This document shows positions 60,393-64,000 of a DNA stretch of 64,000 bases, in pieces. The stretch's first letter is position 1. Each line of letters opens with the position of its first letter. The DNA lies in NCBI GenBank assembly GCA_001785445.1, contig MFTV01000010.1, positions 101,566 to 165,565 on the forward strand. Reading direction: 5' to 3'. The notes below the pieces were generated by a model. The model made no database searches. It saw only the letters and a list, made by a program, of their open reading frames with translations, and had not been told where the DNA came from. Position numbers and translations under genes: made by a program. Source of the DNA: Candidatus Nomurabacteria bacterium RIFCSPHIGHO2_02_40_30 (GTDB taxonomy: Bacteria > Patescibacteriota > Minisyncoccia > Phycocordibacterales > UBA9973).

Positions 60393-61364
60393 ATGACTTA
60401 CGATTTAATTATTATCGGGGGTGGACCGGCCGGCGCGGCGGCGGCAGTTTACGCTGCTCGTAAAAGACTACAGACGCTCTTTATTACCAGCGAGTGGGGC
60501 GGGCAAAGTGTAGTCTCCGAGCAAATTTACAACTGGATTGGCACCACTTCCCTCTCGGGAAATGAATTAGCAGAAAATTTTAAAAAGCATGTATTGGCAA
60601 ATGCCATAGGTACTGAAAACCTGAAAGAGGCTGAAGATTTGGGCTCTACGCTTTTAGTAAAAGAAGGTGAAAAAGTAATTTCTCTCACAAGGACAGTCCT
60701 TGAAAATTCCTTTGAAGTTACAACAGAAAATGGCGAGAAATTTTTAGCTAAGACAATTCTAATAACTAGCGGCAGCGGTAGAAGAAAACTTGAGGCAAAG
60801 AATGCCGACAGACTAGAACATAAAGGACTCACTTACTGCGCCTCTTGCGACGGGCCTCTTTTTACCGGTCAGGATGTCGCGGTAGTGGGCGGCGGGAACG
60901 CTGGGTTTGAAACTGCTGCCCAGCTTCTGGCCTATTGTAAATCCGTAACCCTTCTGCACCGTAGTGAGTCTTTTGATAAAGCTGATGAAATTACCGTTGA
61001 TAAAGTTTTGAAAAACCCAAAAATGAAAGCGGTAAAAAATGTGGAAATTTTGGAAATACAAGGCGATAAATTTGTCGAAGGAATAGTATATAAAGACAGA
61101 GCTACCAGCCAAGAAACAGAATTGAAGGTCTCCGGTATTTTCGTGGAAATCGGGCAAATTCCAAATACTAACTTTGTGAAAGATTTGGTTCCGCTTGACG
61201 AAATCGGACGTATAAAAATAAATCCGTTAAATCAAAAAACTTTAGTCCCCGGCATCTGGGCTGCCGGCGACTGCACTGATGTGCTCTATCATCAAAACAA
61301 CATCGCCGCCGGTGATGCCGTCCGCGCCCTCGAAGATATTTATTTGGCAATTCATACTAAATAG
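60393..61364 (+). CDS. trxB: thioredoxin-disulfide reductase
   Basis: Start trimmed to MTYDLIIIGGGPAG. Redox motif CASCDG and a second Rossmann motif VVGGGNAG. Confidence 0.9.
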   Translation: MTYDLIIIGGGPAGAAAAVYAARKRLQTLFITSEWGGQSVVSEQIYNWIGTTSLSGNELAENFKKHVLANAIGTENLKEAEDLGSTLLVKEGEKVISLTRTVLENSFEVTTENGEKFLAKTILITSGSGRRKLEAKNADRLEHKGLTYCASCDGPLFTGQDVAVVGGGNAGFETAAQLLAYCKSVTLLHRSESFDKADEITVDKVLKNPKMKAVKNVEILEIQGDKFVEGIVYKDRATSQETELKVSGIFVEIGQIPNTNFVKDLVPLDEIGRIKINPLNQKTLVPGIWAAGDCTDVLYHQNNIAAGDAVRALEDIYLAIHTK

Positions 61365-61396
61365 TTACGTAATCTATTACGTAATACATTACGTAA
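61365..61396. promoter_or_regulatory. three TTACGTAA octamers spaced by 4 nt
   Basis: TTACGTAA-tcta-TTACGTAA-taca-TTACGTAA-CCAA. Same 32-nt architecture as 45898-45929. Confidence 0.7.
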
Positions 61397-61420
61397 CCAA
61401 ATACTTTTCCACAGATTTAA

Positions 61421-61448
61421 TTGACAGGTTTAGATAAAAGCATAAACT
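61421..61448 (+). promoter_or_regulatory. promoter for the riboswitch-led operon
   Basis: TTGACA-N16-TAAACT. Confidence 0.55.
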
Positions 61449-61469
61449 TAGTATGTTCCTTTAATAATT

Positions 61470-61648
61470 TAAAAGAAGTGATTGGGGAAACTGGTTAGAT
61501 TCCAGTACAGTGCCGCTACGGTAAGCCCACGACTTTGTGTCGGGGACAAGTCCGATTACCAATCATTTTTGTTTTTCCCGAGCAGGATATCCTCTTTCGT
61601 TTTTTTACGAAAAAGACTGTAAATTCTGCCCGCAGCAGGATTTTTTTT
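61470..61648 (+). promoter_or_regulatory. cobalamin riboswitch (aptamer plus SD-sequestering / terminator-like hairpin)
   Basis: P1 stem TGATTGG/CCAATCA. Core GGGAAACTGGTTAGATTCCAGTACAGTGCCGCTACGGTAAG. B12-box-like AAGTCCGATTACC. Hairpin AATTCTG/CAGGATT, then T8 directly before the ATG. Confidence 0.7.
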
Positions 61649-62008
61649 ATGTCTAAAAATAATAAAAAATTATATACCGGCCTTGTTATTATTTTACTCT
61701 TTTTTGCTTTTGTTCTAGTTCCCTCTTTTAAAAAAGAAAGTCAGATATCGGATTCAATAATATCCCCTGTAAAATTTGCTCCTAATACTCTTCTGTACGA
61801 TGCTCTGGTGCAAGAAGAAAAAGAAGGTAGAATAGACTTTTCTGGAAAAATGTACCCTAATCTCGGATTTTTTGTAACAGACATTGGAACACTGCATTCT
61901 GGTAACGGTAAAAACCTTATTTATTATATTAACGGCAAAGAAGCGGCTGTCGGCGTTTCTTCCTACAAGCTCAAAGATGGCGACGTCATTGAGTGGAAAT
62001 TGGAATAA
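61649..62008 (+). CDS. membrane-anchored DUF4430 (transcobalamin-like C-terminal domain) protein
   Basis: Start trimmed to MSKNNKKLYTGLVIILLFF. DUF4430-like end LIYYINGKEAAVGVSSYKLKDGDVIEWKL. Confidence 0.75.
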   Translation: MSKNNKKLYTGLVIILLFFAFVLVPSFKKESQISDSIISPVKFAPNTLLYDALVQEEKEGRIDFSGKMYPNLGFFVTDIGTLHSGNGKNLIYYINGKEAAVGVSSYKLKDGDVIEWKLE

Positions 62009-62035
62009 AACAAGGCTAAGTCTTGTCAAAATTTT

Positions 62036-64000
62036 ATGAAGAAAAAAATATTAAAAATAGGTTTTAGTTTTCTAACAATTTTATTTTTGGGAAGCTTTTT
62101 TGCATCAACAACATTCGCAGCGAATGATGCCTCGGCTATAATTTCCCCCACTGCGGCTTCTACGAACCAAAATCAAACATACACATACACTGTGACCAAC
62201 GGCAGTGCCTCCACTGCCAATCTTGGTTCAGTAGAGATTGTCTTGCCATCCGGATTCGGAACTCCTTCTTCTATAAGTATTTCTTCCGTATCATCCAGTA
62301 AGACATGGTTATTAGGTTCTACCGACGGATATACTAACGGCTTCAATGCATCTACAAGTAAAATTGGAATACAAGCCAGTGGAGCTAGTGATAAGCTCGA
62401 TGTAAACGAATTTGTGGCAGTGCAAGTCACCTCCACTGCGCCCTCTAGCGCGGGGTCGTATGAATGGACTGCTTCTCCCCTTGCTAATCTGGGTTTTAGC
62501 GGCACTCTTTTTAATTTAACTTCTTCGCAACCCACTGTAAATGTTACCGCTCCTGTAACGGTAACGTTCATAATTAGAAATGGCGACACTGTTCTTTACA
62601 ATGGATCCGTCGCTCTTCCCGCTTCAGGCACTGTGTCAATTACCGATTCAAATAGTGTGGCTCATAATGTAAATACCAGAAGTGTCTTGGCTATTTTGAA
62701 AAATATCGATGATGCCAGTAGCGACTTTTCAATTTCCAATTTGCAATACTTTAACTCATTCAATTCGTTTTATCTTAAATGCATACTGCCGAACGGCAGC
62801 TCGGAACTTTGTGATAATTGGCAGTACGCTGTGGGTAGCGTTACTCCCTTCTCTAGTATTGATGCTAGTATACTCTCCGGCGGAGAAACAGTGGGGATTT
62901 ATTTTGGCAACTCGCATCAGCTTGTACTTTCTGCCAACACCATTATTACTGGCGGGTCGTTAAATGTAGCCGCACAATCGTATGACTATGCAAATAATAC
63001 TTGGAATCCACTTACTGGAGTAAATGTGGGTGTAACCTTGCCGAATCCTAATGACCCATGGAGCCCGATTGTTGTTTCGACCCACGCAGTCGATAGCCTT
63101 GGAAATACAAATATTTCACTGTCAACTATAAACACATATACCATTGGCATTGCGGAAGATTTTTATTTTCCTTCTTATAGCCTTACAGTTTCTCCGGTGC
63201 CAAGTGGCACCGGAGGCGGAGGAGCAGTTGTAACACTGCCGTCATCTTTTGACACCTCAAATGCAATTGCTTATTTAAAAAGTGTGCAAGGCGCTGATGG
63301 CTCACTTGGTGACTCTCTTCTCTATAGCGATTGGGCGGCAATTGCTTATGGAGCCCTAAATGTGACTGGTAGCCCAAAAGATAAGCTCCTCACTTACTTT
63401 GATTCTAATAATACAATAAGTTCCCTCTTGACCGACAATGAAAGACATGCCATGGCGCTTCTGGCTCTTGGGCAAAATCCTTATTCATATAACGGCGTAA
63501 ACTATATTAATGCTATCATCAACAGCTTTGACGGCACGCAATTCGGCGACGCAAATTTGATAAATGACGACATCTTCGCGCTTATTCCCCTGGCAAATTC
63601 CGGCTATACTGTAAAGGACGAAATAATTATTAAAGATGTTAATTTTTTAATTTCCAAACAAAAAACAAACGGCTCCTGGGAAGAAAGTGTGGACATAACA
63701 GCGGCGGCAATTCAAGCCTTAAAATCTTTTGAATCCATTGCTGGCATTTCTGGCGCTCTCACAAAAGCGACTGACTATATTATAAGTAAGCAAATTAATG
63801 ACGGCGGCTTTGGAGGTATTTACTCTACAAGCTGGGTAATGCAAGCCATGAGCGCCCTTGGCACGTCGTGGAGCAAGAATAACCACACCCCCATGGACTA
63901 CCTTGCTCTACAGCAGGTAGCAGACGGAGCCGTACTTCCCTCATCCGAAACTCTGCAAAATCGCATTTGGGCTACAAGTTATGCAGTTACGGCGACTTCT
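62036..64000 (+). CDS. large secreted protein (3' end beyond the window): signal peptide, Ig-like region, DUF4430-like domain, alpha/alpha-toroid (prenyltransferase-like) repeats
   Basis: Hand translation from ATG 62036 gives 655 codons with no stop up to nt 64000; it is absent from the ORF track because no stop is reached. Motifs: CDNWQYAVGSVTPFSSIDASILSGGETVGIYFG, AYLKSVQGADGSLG, FLISKQKTNGSWE and YIISKQINDGGFG. Confidence 0.75.
   Translation, partial: MKKKILKIGFSFLTILFLGSFFASTTFAANDASAIISPTAASTNQNQTYTYTVTNGSASTANLGSVEIVLPSGFGTPSSISISSVSSSKTWLLGSTDGYTNGFNASTSKIGIQASGASDKLDVNEFVAVQVTSTAPSSAGSYEWTASPLANLGFSGTLFNLTSSQPTVNVTAPVTVTFIIRNGDTVLYNGSVALPASGTVSITDSNSVAHNVNTRSVLAILKNIDDASSDFSISNLQYFNSFNSFYLKCILPNGSSELCDNWQYAVGSVTPFSSIDASILSGGETVGIYFGNSHQLVLSANTIITGGSLNVAAQSYDYANNTWNPLTGVNVGVTLPNPNDPWSPIVVSTHAVDSLGNTNISLSTINTYTIGIAEDFYFPSYSLTVSPVPSGTGGGGAVVTLPSSFDTSNAIAYLKSVQGADGSLGDSLLYSDWAAIAYGALNVTGSPKDKLLTYFDSNNTISSLLTDNERHAMALLALGQNPYSYNGVNYINAIINSFDGTQFGDANLINDDIFALIPLANSGYTVKDEIIIKDVNFLISKQKTNGSWEESVDITAAAIQALKSFESIAGISGALTKATDYIISKQINDGGFGGIYSTSWVMQAMSALGTSWSKNNHTPMDYLALQQVADGAVLPSSETLQNRIWATSYAVTATS

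Overview
The window is gene-dense and low in GC (about one-third G+C by eye). I call about 67 protein genes, 3 tRNAs and 1 riboswitch. I see no rRNA, CRISPR array, transposase, integrase, phage or recognisable defence genes.

Gene style suggests a small-genome uncultivated bacterium, possibly Patescibacteria/CPR-like. The evidence is short proteins, truncated DnaX and Rel, start codons without Shine-Dalgarno sequences, and membrane-anchored Gmad2, 'sunset' and DUF4430 proteins. This placement is inference only.

Gene order, left to right:
- murI (partial), rpmG, tRNA-Trp
- otsA-otsB (trehalose)
- a minus-strand unit: tRNA-Leu, murA, miaA, DUF360
- parB, rel, topA, dprA, serS, an ftsQ-like gene, dus, dnaX, tRNA-Gln
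- small envelope and repair genes
- a yvcK-like gene divergent from glmS
- GNAT-tdh-kbl running straight into a near-complete de novo purine cluster: purL(S-fused)-Q-F-N-D, then purA-guaB on the other strand, then purH-E-M-C-B
- mrdA, ctpA, rplI, rpmA, greA-lysS
- a complete DapL-type lysine/DAP block: lysA and dapF-AK-asd-dapL-dapA-dapB
- rpsU-ybeY-ftsA, ftsZ, trxB
- a cobalamin riboswitch controlling secreted B12-binder-like proteins

Most interesting observations:
1. The aspartokinase has no ACT domains. Two paralogous free-standing ACT-like proteins bracket the lysine genes, each behind a duplicated 95-bp divergent control region with conserved boxes.
2. The B12 riboswitch operon encodes DUF4430 and alpha/alpha-toroid proteins, i.e. 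transcobalamin-like halves in swapped order.
3. GC-rich perfect palindromes sit in frame inside purL and mrdA, reminiscent of Rickettsia palindromic elements.
4. A three-octamer TTACGTAA-type array occurs at two loci.
5. A -10-like hexamer lies exactly 6 nt before the ATG of many genes, and a tRNA abuts the murA start. Both suggest leaderless expression.
6. LysRS carries a C-terminal DUF2000/PTH2-like domain.
7. OtsA carries a sensor-kinase-style input module.

All coordinates were derived by hand from the printed sequence. No database search or folding calculation was possible.
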